From Haliotis cracherodii (Eukaryota), in NCBI RefSeq assembly GCF_022045235.1, contig NW_027266275.1:25606001-25670000 (forward strand): 64,000 nt of DNA, in the 5' to 3' direction. Within the stretch, counting starts at the first letter, position 1; each line of letters opens with the position of its first letter. The notes under the pieces are model-generated. The model worked only from the letters and a program-made list of their open reading frames with translations, did no database searches and had not been told where the DNA came from. Below, in pieces: positions 25,680-38,869 of the stretch. Made by a program: the position numbers and the translations under genes.

Positions 25680-27509
25680 GATCAAACTCAGTTTTGTGTG
25701 TGAAACTTTTGTGATAGAAAAGGAAATTCATAATTAAAGTTGTCTTGGATTATGTGTATTGGAGTTTTCGTTTATCGTAAGTACAATATTATCTGGATAC
25801 GCCTTCAGTAGGTCAAGTAAGTACGCCTTCGTTACTTATTTACCAGTTGCTTACGTGCATTGTTATGTTGATACACGTGACATATTCATCTATTGTAGTC
25901 AAGCTGAGAAATATTGGCGCAACTTCTGGTGCTTCAAATTAGGCCCCTTCCTAAACACTAGTTGAAAAATCTGTGTAATAATTTAGGTTTTATAAATATA
26001 AACTGATTATTGTGTGGCACAAATCTAACTGTTGAATGCAAATGACCAAAACTAAACAAATATCTGTAATTTTCGGATTGAACTCAAAGAATCGCGTCGT
26101 CAATTTCGTATTTAAATATCGTTACTGTTACATTAACCGAAACTGATGTTCTGCTGCTGTTCTGCCGTAAAAATATGCAACACAATTCACTTTGACCACA
26201 AATGCATTGAATGTGTCACATGTACACATGACCATGTGCTTTGCTATTTATAGCGCAACCGTAAATAAGCTCCGCCCACTGTGATTGATGCAGACGCCAA
26301 ACACGATCGATACGATTTTTTATGATAAAACTACAGAAAATCTAGTGACTTATATCTTGATATGGAGCCATTTGTTGTATCCATGGTTTGTCATTCAAGT
26401 TGATACGAAGTTTGACGGTCAATGGTGATCTGGTTCCCTTATGGTTTTCAAAAAACGTCTCCCGACACTCGGTTGTGTTTTCATTGTCAGTCATTGTTCG
26501 AAACTGAAACACCGCCACCTTGCGGGCTATTTATAGTCAGGGTGGGATCACACACGAATAATTCGGGGTAATGGGAATCATCAAGACATATCTTTTGATC
26601 TATATGGTATTGGCAAGTGGAAATTATATCAAATGTGTTGGCGCATGGGCGATCTAATTGGTTCTAATGGTTTATGTGATGAGATGGTGGCGCACTTGGT
26701 CGTTAAAGAGGCCGGTGGTCAAATTCGAAATTCGCATTTTGCCAACGCCACTTAAATAGGGTAAAACCACCTCTAGACATTGGTATATGGCAGTGTATTT
26801 TATTGTTGAACAATGATTGTAACTGTTACATTGTACATGTTTGTGTAGAGATTCGGTAGACGCTCATTGCATTGTATTTGGGCAGTGATAAGTCGTCAGG
26901 AATATAGTACTATTTAGTGTAGGCAGTCGTCAGTAAGTTACTATATTTAGATGCAAGGTTGGTGTGAAAACTTCCAGTCCAGTATATCGAGGACGGTGAT
27001 AGTATGTTATAGAAACATGTGGAATGTTCCAGAGCCGTTGGACTGGTGGGGACACTCTGTAGACATTTCCAGTAGCTTCTTAGGCTGTATATATAGTGGG
27101 ACAAGAGTGTGTTTAGGTATCACTCTCACACATTTCTTCACACATATACATCTGAGAATACATCAAGACCAGCTTTCGTGTGAAGATCACCCCTGATTCC
27201 CTGCCTAAGCCCATCTCTGAAGCTAGACTACCGTCGCCGCTGGGTAAATATACTATCATCACTGATTTTTGCTATCACAACCGTATTTTTGTATTTGATA
27301 CTGACCACTGCCATCATATTATTTACTGTCATTGAAAATGGTACTACTACTCTACTGTGTACTGCCATCGTATTTGCTGTGGAGTACTTTGTGTTGATTT
27401 GTAAATCTAGTTAATTTTAGGATACATTGTTGATTGTATACCACTTGTTGGTTGTTTTTCTTTTACGTACATATTGCTTGTTTAACATATCTTTTCAATT
27501 TCGGAATTG

Positions 27510-27780
27510 ACACGTAACAAAATACACGCAGTATTCGAGGAATGCTTCTGATGAGTCGACAAATATACGCTCCACTCATGTTATTCCACTCATCAGTGAG
27601 AGCAACACCGAGTTCATTGAGAGTCGTGGGTGGATTGTTACGTTTACGTCTGCCAATGACGTCCCAGACGTCTTCAATGGGGGAAACGTCATGACTGTGC
27701 TGGCCATGGCATGACAATGGATGTGTCACTGTTGGAGGAATTGGGTCACAATCCTGGCAGATGAGCACGTGCATTATACT
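27510..27780 (-). mobile_element. Tc1 (DD34E) transposase C-terminal fragment
   Basis: SHDVSPIEDVWDVIGRR..PPTTLNELGVALTDEW..ICRLIRSIPRILR. Confidence 0.85.
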
Positions 27781-28713
27781 CTCAGCCTAGCTACCTGTAT
27801 ATAGTAAGCCATCGTCTTGATGTTGTCACTTCCTACCGAGAATGGTACACCAACCCCTTGCATATACTGTAGGAGTATGCAAATAATCTTTAGAAACGTA
27901 AAGGGTGCAACCTACTCCTTTGGAAGAGTATATTTGGAAAAGTCTATCTTTGACATTCAAAAAAAAATAAACGGTATTGCAATGTTCATCTCAGATGATA
28001 AAAAATCAACACTTTTGAACACAACATTGACAATTCGTGAATTATACCGACGGAAGTATGTTCATGTTCATTAGACACAGCATTTTGTGTTCATGTCTTC
28101 AAAACATAATTTAAAATATAATTTATTTCTCCAACCTACAACACATCTTTTTCAGGACGTCCGGAGATGAATTAGTTTTTGTGTAAACCTCCAAGCCGTG
28201 GACAAAACCCGCAACCATCGGGCTCTGGTACGGCTAAGGGACGCAACTCTTTATCTCAGAGTGTCAGATTATAAATAGGTTTCATTAACGTCATTTATGG
28301 TCCTGAGCCACCCTAAATCAAAATGAAAAACAACAGATTATGTTCTCAAACGTCTTTATTGTGTTTGACAGCTTATAAACAAGACATAACAGCTACAAAG
28401 AACGTATAGTAGATGTAAGCAAAATTTAATGTGTGCGTGTTGAGTGAAGTACTCTTTGTGTGAGCTTGACATGATTATAAAACTGAGGTTGCATATAACT
28501 AGAGTAAATATAACCATGTTCTACCGAGTTGTTGATTATCTTTACAGTAATGTCGCTTTGAAATAATATAAAATGTCGATCCTGTAAATTCTGTCTTCCT
28601 TGGTACGCCAATTCTTAGTGCCACTTAAAGGTAAGGTATTGTAGGAAGGAATCTACCATGCACATGCGAAACATCATAGAGATCAGTCTTATTTAAATTG
28701 GCTTCAAAGATGC

Positions 28714-31583
28714 TCACGGATACAGCTTCCGCAACGCTTTCCAAATCTTATGCTTTAGTTTATCTAGCACGCCATTGCCAGATATCTTTCTTCCTTTCAC
28801 AAACTGTATGGGGAAAGGAGTACCTTCCTCCAAACCTGAAAACCCATCAACGTGATACTGCGTGGCATTACACACAGCGGCCATTATGCCAGTTATGAAT
28901 GTATCCTCTATGAAGACGTATGGAAGGAACTTGGCTTTTTCAGCAATACATTTTCCCAAATCCATTGCTAGAACATAGGTATGACCCGCTGCGTAACGCG
29001 GAAACATTACGAAAGGGTAGACATCCTCTGTGAGTGCCCGTTTGCCCACTCTAAGAACACGAGGAGACATAATGATATTTCCAAGAACTGAATTCACAGG
29101 TTGCAGACTCTTCAGTAATCTCACAAGACGATCAACATCTGTGAAAGTGTCGTCGTCCGCCTTTAAGACGTACTGTGTATCAGGATAATACTCCGCAACG
29201 TACTTAATGCCTGATAAAACCTTCAGTGTAACATTGTGAAAGGTATCATCAAAGTTACCTTGTAAAATATCTCCATATATTTTGCTTTCTTCTTTAAGAA
29301 CAGCTTCATAATCATCTGAGAGTGTCCGACCAAACAAAAATATCAACTTTGTATTCAAAGGTAGATTACTTCCAGGCCACCTTTGCCCATTCGCAACACT
29401 GCCATATGTTTGCCGTATTGCTGTTCTGTGATATCTGGCAATGGATAAAACCATTATGATCAGGAAAGGATGTTCATTCCTTATCTGTTTTGGAAGTATG
29501 TTGAATGAAAATGAATGGCTATTCAAAATTATATCCCTCTTGGATGTAAAATATGCCCAGTTTATGAGTTCCGTATATTCCCGTGTAACTGTCTTGAAGC
29601 TAAACGGAAGTAAATCCCTGGTTCCCTTTTTGTTTTCACCTGCGTTTTTCTTGCCAACGGCCTTCAATGGAGACATGTGTTGTGAGCTGTTGTGGACATA
29701 CACCAACTTATCCCTCAGTCTGTATGGCGTCTTGGACTTTGAACTGTTGTCCAAGCTGTCTGACTTTCCGGGAGCTGCCTTTGTGTCGTTGTGAATTGTT
29801 TTGTTTTGGACAACCATGGGCTGAATGACAGGTAGTTCATTTTTTCCGGGTACATGTAAATGATTTAAGGCTTTAATCTCTCTATCCAGTCCGACAGAGG
29901 GTGTTTGGTGTTGCGGAACAAGCAGGAAGCCAATTAGTACAATCCATGCAAAAATGATGCCAAAGCACCACTTTCTCCGGAACCTGGAAAGTAAGACGAA
30001 TGTAATATTAAAGTAATATCTTTTAAATAGTGTTGGCTCATATAAATTGTGTTGCCTATTGCTGTGCAGATATTTACACTACTTCGGGACAGATTAATAC
30101 TGCGAATATCAGATTTCATATGAAGTGTATTGTGTATCTTTAATTATATAATAAACGTCAACACCAGAGAGTAACCAGTCTCGACTATCCGACGGATCAG
30201 ATTCAGTTGGACGTAAAAGGCACAATAGCGATGAAAATATACGAATGGATCACTGAAAATCGGGGATGACACAAAGTGTTCACAAAAAGAGTAAGGATAT
30301 CCTTGCCCTACCGGTAGCCCGCGCCATTCACAATTTGCAGACAGACAAAAGTAAGATACTGACACCACACAGCAAAATGATTTTGTTTATTGCATTAGAA
30401 CGGAGCGCTAATAAAAATTCTTGACCTTTTGAACTGAAAATGCTTCTCTTTGTATTGAAACGTTGTCATATTGGAACCCAGTTTTGGCATGCTGAGCGTA
30501 AATTTTGAGTCAATTGAAATTTTTCGAAAAATAATAAATGATAAGCCATTGGACTGTAAATACATACTAACATAAATATCTGTTTTAATGTTGTAAAATC
30601 AAACTCTTAGCTCACAACGTAACATGCACAGTAAAAAATTAATATCATCTGTGTCGTCATTCGTCTTGAACAAAAATTCAAATTAATTTACACTTGGAAT
30701 GGATGGAACTAGTTTTTGTTTTTTTTACATTTTGACAAGTGAATGATTTCAAATTGTGTCGGAAACATGTGTCGCGACTTGCTAGCGGAATTTGAACACG
30801 CATAGTTTGAATTGAGGACGTCTCATTGTCGACCTCAGCTACTGCGACACATGACGTTATTTGTATACTCCTTAAACCCTTAAAATGTGGTATGTACTTG
30901 ATGTTGTGTTACAGCTGGTTACCTGGTTAACAATGTTCATATTTAACGAAGTTAGATATAACTTTGACGAGAATAAAAAAATCAGGTAAATAATATATCC
31001 TTGTTCAGGACCCGTCAGCATGTATTTAGAAAGTGCAAGCGATTGATAAAATACTGGTTCAGGACCCTACGAAATTATGAAGAGCCGTGTACCATGCATT
31101 GTAAATATCAGCTCGCAAGGGAGCTTTGTGTACGCGCAACAGCGGCAGAGAACCCATTCTTTGTGCATCACGCAAGGCGACCCCCACAGTACAAATTCAG
31201 GTTACAAAGTTTAGAAGGTTGTTTCAAATATTTTCAACAAGATAACGTTTCGTCAAAGTGTAAAAGAAGGGATGTGTTTCAAGTTTAATTCTCGTAACTC
31301 TCCATTCTTGAAGAACAATGGGCCACCTCTATCTTATTTTTAAGGAATGGAGAATTACTCGGACATTCCCCTCTACAGAATTACTTATATTCCGTTTTAT
31401 GATGTCCATAGATGTTTATGGATCGCATCAAAGAAAGCTTGCGATTGGTTAACATTACGCTAGTGCTGTTCCATGACAGTTGTGCTATAACCATGAAAGA
31501 GAAATAATCATTATATCTGAATCTTCAATAAGGCAGACTGATGGCGAAACAACATAACATCAAGCTTACCTGATAGTATTCAT
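28714..31583 (-). CDS. Beta-1,3-galactosyltransferase-like (GT31) paralog 3; coding exons 31570-31583 and 28714-29983, ~427 aa
   Basis: ATG AAT ACT ATC AG|gtaag ... tttccag|G TTC CGG gives MNTIRFRRKWCFGIIFAWIVLIGFLLV (TM), in frame with ORF 28714..29817. Motifs KADDD, FPRYAAG, IEDTFITG. Confidence 0.92.
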
Positions 31584-32649
31584 TGCAACTGGTGCAGATT
31601 ATAACTACATTACCGCGATGGTAAATGTGATGAAAACACTCAGTAGTTCTAGACCTTTAATTGTCCGTCTTACAAGTGTTGCACCTGTTGCGGTCCTTGC
31701 AGATTATCACAATGAGATATCAATAAAATGTAGCATGGCATTGAAATTATTGACTATTACTTTTCCGTTAACTACAATGACTTCGTTTGGTGGGTCAACA
31801 TGACATATTAATTGGATAGGACGTAATGACACGGACACGTTGCTGTATTCTATGTGCATAAAGCATGTAAGCTTGTGAGGATACAAGTCCTACAAAAGAA
31901 AAATGCTACTCACTCTGTGCAGCATGTTCGTTATTGGTTTCATGTGTGCAAGAAATCACGATGTAGTTGAACAAATATTTATTACTCTGAAGTCTTAAGA
32001 TCCGGACGTTCAAATTGGACTTTTATTAAGCTTACAATAAGTGTATTAGATATGGAGCGGCCATAATGCCTGGCAGGCCCAGGACTTCATAGGGATGGTC
32101 TACTAGTATTGGAGAGGGATGTAACAATTCTATGTCTGTGTTTTATGATGCTTAAGGTACCTTTTGTACCTTGTATTGTACGTGTGTTTACCAATGCATT
32201 GGTGACAATTGAAGCAACGAAGAGTATTTGATCCTTAGTTGTTATCAAGAATCAGTCAATGGGTCAAATATATCAATGATACTTCCCAGCAAATTGAATT
32301 GTGACTGAGTGAATCAAACAAATGATAAAGTGACTACGTTTTCAGTTATTCAACAACTTTACTGAATTTTACATTGCCTGTAACAATGTACTGTGCCTTT
32401 TTAAAGGAGTAACTGTGCATGGTAAGTATATTTCCTCACCACCACGTGAACTTCCAACATGGAAATCCACAATCTATAGTCACTGTGCTCGAGAGTTCCA
32501 TTTCCAACGATTTAAATGATTAATGAAAGATTTGTCCCCCAAATGGGTTACAATGTAAATTGGCGTTCATGGTTCAAATGAGAGTCTTTCGGCCTCCGAC
32601 AATTCATTTACAAGTGCTTTCAGTCATCTGGTAATATAACAGTGTTCAG

Positions 32650-33270
32650 TGGCCTCCATTACATACTGAAATCTATATACTGGCCTCCATTACATACTGA
32701 AATCTATATACTGGACTCCAGTACATTCTATATACTGGCCTCCAGTACGTTCTGAAATCTATATACTGGCCTCCATTACATACTGAAATCTACATACTGG
32801 CCTCCAGCACATTCTGAAATCTATATACCGGCCACCAGTACATTCTGAAATCTATATACTGGCCTCCAGTACATTCTGAAATCTATATACTGGCCTCCAG
32901 TACGTTCTGAAATCTATATATCGGCCTCCAGTACATTCTGAAATCTGTATACTGGCCTCCAGTACATTCTGAAATATATATACTGGCCTCTGGTACATTC
33001 TGAAATCTATATACTGGCCTTCAGTGCATTCTGAAATCTATATACTGGCCTCCATTACATACTGAAATCTATATACTGGCTTCCAGTACGTTCTGAAATA
33101 TATATACTGGCCTCCAGTACATTCTGAAATCTATATAATGGCCTCCAGTGCATTCTGAAATCTATATACTGGACTCCAGTACATTCTGAAATCTATATAA
33201 TGGCCTCCAGTACATTCTGAAATCTATATACTGGCCTCCAGTACATTCTGAAATCTGAAATGGCCTCAAT
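32650..33270. repeat. 31-bp minisatellite (TGGCCTCCAGTACATTCTGAAATCTATATAC)
   Basis: Direct tandem repeats between paralogs 3 and 4. Confidence 0.92.
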
Positions 33271-34229
33271 TACACTGAAGTCGGAACTTGGCAAACCAGT
33301 GACAGATAGCATGAGCATATATCGATTGATATGGGCACACATCTTGAGCCGGGTCACACATTTAACCACCATCTTCTCTTTTTAGCTCGGTTTTTTTATA
33401 AGAATTTGGAACTGGAGATTAATAGTTTTCTGTGCATGACTGCCCAGGGTGAAATTAACATTTGTAATTTGTATTTTGATCAGTGGATTTAGTAGTTGGT
33501 TCAAAGTTGAACTTCTGATATATAACGCATCTTCACACAGTCTATCAAACTTTATTAAAGAGGAAAACACATGAGTCATAACCTTTTAGTAAATAGTAAT
33601 TAAGAGACATTAGGCACAATCCATCAGTATGGAATTCACATGACTTGACACCTAACGACGACATGAATTAATATGAGGACCCATAAAATAGAAATCATAC
33701 TCCATTGTCACAACAACGAAAACAAGCAAAACCCACCACGCGTTACTCCTCCAATAATAGCATCATCACACCTTTACAATAGTGTACGCTTACAGGTTGA
33801 AAATCGCAGAAACTACAAATACAATACAGGAATACCCCTTGATCTAGCTCTCCCACCACACAAGTGTCCTGTTTACAGTCAGTTTCCATCACAGTCCATT
33901 AGACAGACAGCAGGTCAATGTGGACCAGATTGTAGATTTTTCAGGGGATTACAGGATGCAAAAAAAATTGCTCATTCACTTGTTAGCCATCCGATTTGTT
34001 TGTTTATAGTTATGTGATACTGCCTTATGTGAAGCGTGGCAGAGGTTGAGGAACTCTGGAATGTCTTCTGACCACACATGACTCACCTGCTGAAAGTTCC
34101 ATTACATTTGCTGCGATCTGAACCGTGGCAATGGAGACTTAGTTTAACGTCGCTTTGGCTCTGAACCATAAAGCGTTTACAGCGAAAACAAACATTCGAT
34201 GGAGATTGTGACATAAGGCGTTGGGAAAC

Positions 34230-37200
34230 CTATCCATATAAATCTAATAACTGGTCCCATATCTCATGTTTTATTTCGTCCTTCACTCTATTTCCGGAAA
34301 TCCTTTTTCCGTCCAGAAATGATTTGGGAGAAGCCGCCCTTTCCTTCCAGTGTGTGAAACCTTCTACATGATATTGTGTACCGTTGCATAGAACACACAT
34401 TATGCCAGTTATGAATGCATCCTCTATGAACATATATGGAAAGAACTTAGCATTTTTAAGAACACATTTAACATAATCCATTGTCAGAACATATGTATTT
34501 CCCGCTGCATATTGAGGGTAGAGTGGGAAAGGGTAAACAGTCCTTGAAAGGCCCCATTGGCCTCGTCTTTTAACAACAGAAAACTTGTGAATGAAACCAA
34601 GAACTGTGTTCACGGGCTGCAGTTTCGACAGTAATCTAACAAGACGGTCAACATCTGTGAAAGTGTCGTCATCCGCTTTTAATACGTACTGTGTGTCAGG
34701 AAAATACTCCGCAACGTATTTTAATCCTGTTAAAACTTTCAGTGTAAGATTCTTGTAAGAGTCAGAAAAGTTACCTTGCAAAATGTCGCCATATATTTTG
34801 CTTTCTTCCTTCAGAATGGCATCATGTGCCTTGCTCCCTGTATCTCCAAATACAAATATCATTTTTATGTTCAAAGTCAGATTACTCCCAGGCCAGTTTT
34901 GTCCATGTGCGACACTCCCATAAGTTTGTCTAATAGTCGTTCTGTGATACAGAGTCTGTGATAACACCATGATGATGAGGTAAGGGTGCTCGTTACCAAC
35001 CCAGGTCGGTCGTATGTTGAAGGAAATTGAATGATTATTCAATATTTTGTTCCTGTTATTAAAATATGACCAGTCAATGCGTGGCGTGTATTCACGGAGG
35101 ACCCGTTCATATTTGAAACTGTGTAATGGGCGCTCTCTTCTTCGGTTTCTTTTGCCAGCAAATACAACAGCCCTCGAAGGTTTCCTGGCTTTTCTCTTGC
35201 GTTTAAATGCTCTCTTAGCCCTGAACTTATAAGATAGTCTTGCTTTTTTGGTTATGGTTTCTTTTTTGTTTTCTACTACACCAGATATGGGGCTTCTGTC
35301 AAAGTTGAGTTTCCTGATGGCTTCAAGGTTTCGAACATTCTTATGTTTTGCAGCTTGAATATTTCTGTTTGGAGCTTCAGTCGATAGCCAGTATTTCGAA
35401 ACAAATAGGTAACTAGTAATAAGAAGACCTGCAACTGTTGCATAAGAGCGCCAGTTTTTCTTAAACCTGGAAAAACAAAAATGAGGTAAATAATCAAAAC
35501 GTAGTTCACAAATGACTCTATGCAGTCTTGGGCAGGCTTCAACTTGTATATCATCACTGTGTGGTAGTAATTCTAAAACACCTTCTTATGATGTAGTCGG
35601 AATTGTACAATAGTCTCTGCTTTTTTCTAATGAGTGAGTGAGTGTAGTTTTACGCCGCTTTTAGCAATATTCAAGCAATATCACGGCGGTGGACACAGGA
35701 AAATTCTAATGATCTTGGAAACTAGTTTGTCGTTTTTATTTATACATAACCCCATTTTAGTATATCGTGCAACAAAAGTCGTCCTTGGATGTGGGTTCGA
35801 ATCCCAGTTTTGTCTTCATTAGGATCATTGGTATGTCGGAACCATACCCTTCGCCATTGGTTTCGCATTATTGTTAATAGTCTATGACAAGCGTTATTTT
35901 TCCACACATACACCTAGCACATCCTTGTGTAACTGAAATACTCAGCAGGTGAAGATTAAGCTCAGAACAGCGTAAAACCTAACTCACTCTCGCATCAGAG
36001 AAACCAATGCTCATGTAATGTTATGTATGCACACATTTACAGTTATGTGTCGGGGGGAACCCAATCATGCAAAGAATCTACCCCGAAGAAAAGGTATGTC
36101 TTGATCCAGGAGCCATTTCATGCAAAGAACTTATCCCGAAGTATGGACACGACTTGATACAGGAGCCATGGCAGCAAGAACCTATCCCGAAGTATAGGCA
36201 GAACTTGATACAGAGCCATGGCAGCAAGAACCTATCCCGAAGTATAGGCAGAAGTTGATACAGGAGCCATGGCAGCAAGAACCTATCCCGAAGTATAGGC
36301 ACAACTTGATACAGGAGCCATGGCAGCAAGAACCTATCCCGAAGTATAGGTACGACTTGATACAGGAGCCATGTCAAGCCAAGAACCTATCCCGAAGTAT
36401 AGGCAGAACTTGAAACAGAAGCCATGTCAAGAAAATAACCTATGCAGAAATATAGGCACAACTTGATACAGGAGCCATGGCAGCAAGAACCTATCCCGAA
36501 ATATAGGCAGGACTTGATACAGGAGCCATGGTAGCAAGAACCTATCCCGAAGTATAGGCACGACTTGATACAGGAGCCATGGCAGCAAGAACCTATCCCG
36601 AAATATAGGCAGGACTTGATACAGGAGCAATGTCAAGCAAAGAACCTATCCCGAAGTTTTAAATAGTTTTTTGAGTTCAATACCCGTGTATATGACAAGT
36701 GATGACATGCTTAATGCGAGTGAGTGACATAGGATACCACACGTATTAATCACAAAATGATAATCGAAAATACAACATTACCAAACATTTCAGAATTGTT
36801 ATGTAGGATTATAAAATAATATCAAGATCAAGTTAAATTAAACGAAATGGAGTAAAAATATAATGAAACACGCCATAACTAAAGATTGGTAACAATATGC
36901 CTGAAATACTGCCGACGCTGGTGCGGTAAATTGATTAAGGCTACATAGGTTAATATAAAGTAGACAAACGCCAGTGTTTATAACAGAAATATGCGTATAT
37001 TTAGAACCAAAACATGAAACTAAATATAAATGCGAAAACACCTCAATTAACGCTTGAGCATCTTCCTGCCTGTAGAAGTCCAATTTCCACTGAACTAGTA
37101 TAGTCAGTTTACTACGTTGTCTCTGAAAAATGCCCTTGAGGGATACCTAATCAGCTTAATGAAAAACATTTACTTGCATGACTACATCTGAAATTGAACA

Positions 37201-37248
37201 CACAAACATTGATACAAGATCACGCAAAGAGTACCTGAAAGTATTCAT
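34230..37248 (-). CDS. Beta-1,3-galactosyltransferase-like (GT31) paralog 4; coding exons 37235-37248 and 34230-35466, ~416 aa
   Basis: ATG AAT ACT TTC AG|gtact ... tttccag|G TTT AAG gives MNTFRFKKNWRSYATVAGLLITSYLFV, open into ORF 34230..35042. Motifs KADDD, GQW, YPQYAAG, IEDAFITG. Confidence 0.9.
36060..36655. repeat. 51-bp minisatellite in the paralog 4 intron
   Basis: GAACCTATCCCGAAGTATAGGC..GACTTGATACAGGAGCCATGGCAGCAA repeats. Confidence 0.92.
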
Positions 37249-37584
37249 TGAAGAATGAGGCCGATTACAACCGTCCGCAATAAAGGTGTTGTAAACTGAG
37301 GTCGCTCTCCGGGCCTTGCTAGCCTGTAGTGTCGTTGAATATATTGATTTCTAGAGTGTACTTTAAGGGACCATAATGGACAATGAATAGATTTTCCATT
37401 ACATCGCGAGATCAATAAAATATGTTAGAAAGGTTGGAGGTTGATATTACGACGTGTTTGATCATTTATTTATTTATCTATTTATTTATTTATTTATTTG
37501 ATAAACAAATACAGTTGACCTATTAGTGTTTATAGGCATTGAGAAATAGGATGTAAGCATGACAAGGAGTATTAATGATAACAA

Positions 37585-37737
37585 CTTATTTATTAGACAT
37601 ACACAGTGTTGTTGTGTATCGTAGAATAAATCACTGCAGGGAGAAAAAACCATGAGGGGCGCAGTCCCCACTGCATTATTCTCCCTGCAGTGTTTTATTG
37701 TACAAAAAACAACGACCACGAGTCATTTATTTCTTAT
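37585..37737. repeat. Small palindromic dispersed element (related copy at ~16080-16160)
   Basis: CACTGCAGGGAGAA ... TTCTCCCTGCAGTG inverted arms. Shares AGGGAGAA..AACCA(T/C)GAGGGG with 16120-16140. Confidence 0.5.
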
Positions 37738-37770
37738 GAGATATCAACAGAATGTACAGCCTTGACAGCC

Positions 37771-38869
37771 GATGACTGGCTACAGTGTCTCTACCCTGCT
37801 GACCCCACTCATGTGGATGACTGGCTACAGTGTTTCTACCCTGTTGGTCCCGCTCACGTGGATGACTGTCTACAGTGTCTCTACCCTGCTGGTCCCGCTC
37901 ACGTCGATGACTGGCTACAGTATCCCTACCCCGCTGGTCCCTCTCACGTGGATGACTGTCTACAGTGTCTCTACCCTGCTGATGCACCTCACGTCGATGA
38001 CTGGCTACAGTGTTTCTACCCTGTTGGTCCACCTCACGTGGATGACTGGCTACAGTGTCTCTACCCTGCTGGACCTGCTCACGTCGATAACTGGCTACAG
38101 TATCCCTACCCTGCTGGTCCCTCTCACGTCGATGACTGTCTACAGTGTCTCTACCCTGCTGGTCCCGCTCACGTGGATGACTGTCTACAGTGTCTCTACC
38201 CTGCTGGTCCACCTCACGTCGATGACTGGCTACAGTGTCTCTTCCCTGCTGACCCCACTCACGTCGATGACTGGCTACAGTGTCTCTACCCTGCTGGTCC
38301 CACTCACGTCAATGACTGTCTACAGTGTCTCTACCCTGCTGACCCCACTCACGTCGATGACTGCCTACAGTGTCTCTACCCTGCTGGTCCACCTCACGTG
38401 GATGACTGTCTACAGTGTCTCTTCCCTGCTGGACCTGCTCACGTCGATGACTGTCTACAGTGTCTCTACCCTGCTGGTCCACCTCACGTGGATGACTGTC
38501 TACAGTGTCTCTACCCTGCTGGTCCACCTCACGTCGATGACTGGCTACAGTGTCTCTTCCCTGCTGGACCTGCTCACGTCGATGACTGGCTACAGTGTCT
38601 CTACCCTGCTGGTCCCTCTCACGTCGATGACTGGCTACAGTGTCTCTACCCTGCTGGTCCCTCTCACGTCAATGACTGTCTACAGTGTCTCTACCCTGCT
38701 GGTCCACCTCACGTCGATGACTGTCTACAGTGTCTCTACCCTGCTGACCCCACTCACGTCGATGACTGCCTACAGTGTCTCTACCCTGCTGGTCCCACTC
38801 ACGTCGATGACTGTCTACAGTGTCTCTACCTTTGCTGGTCCACCTCACGTCGATGACTGTCTACAGTGT
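37771..38869. repeat. 45-bp minisatellite (~24 units)
   Basis: GATGACTG(G/T)CTACAGTGTCTCTACCCTGCTGGTCCACCTCACGT(C/G) in tandem. Confidence 0.95.

Larger units (their letters stand above)
23350..26300. mobile_element. Decayed Kolobok-type DNA transposon (divergent transposase and KolX-like ORFs)
   Basis: Left end TTAA|AG. Inverted GTGGGCGGAGCTTAT (~23383) / ATAAGCTCCGCCCAC (~26265). Minus-strand motifs GIDIMTDVRHGWR, HAHDRINVNK, ANDTWHA and NTYYVSSF. Plus-strand CSHFFCQPCVT..FWTEL..VWRDRRYL..IPDYILKLVREVYPN..KYMGQVW. Confidence 0.75.

Noticed and set aside
32650-33270. 29-32 bp repeat arrays as CRISPR
   Set aside because: Head-to-tail repeats with no unique spacers, no cas genes, and a eukaryotic context.
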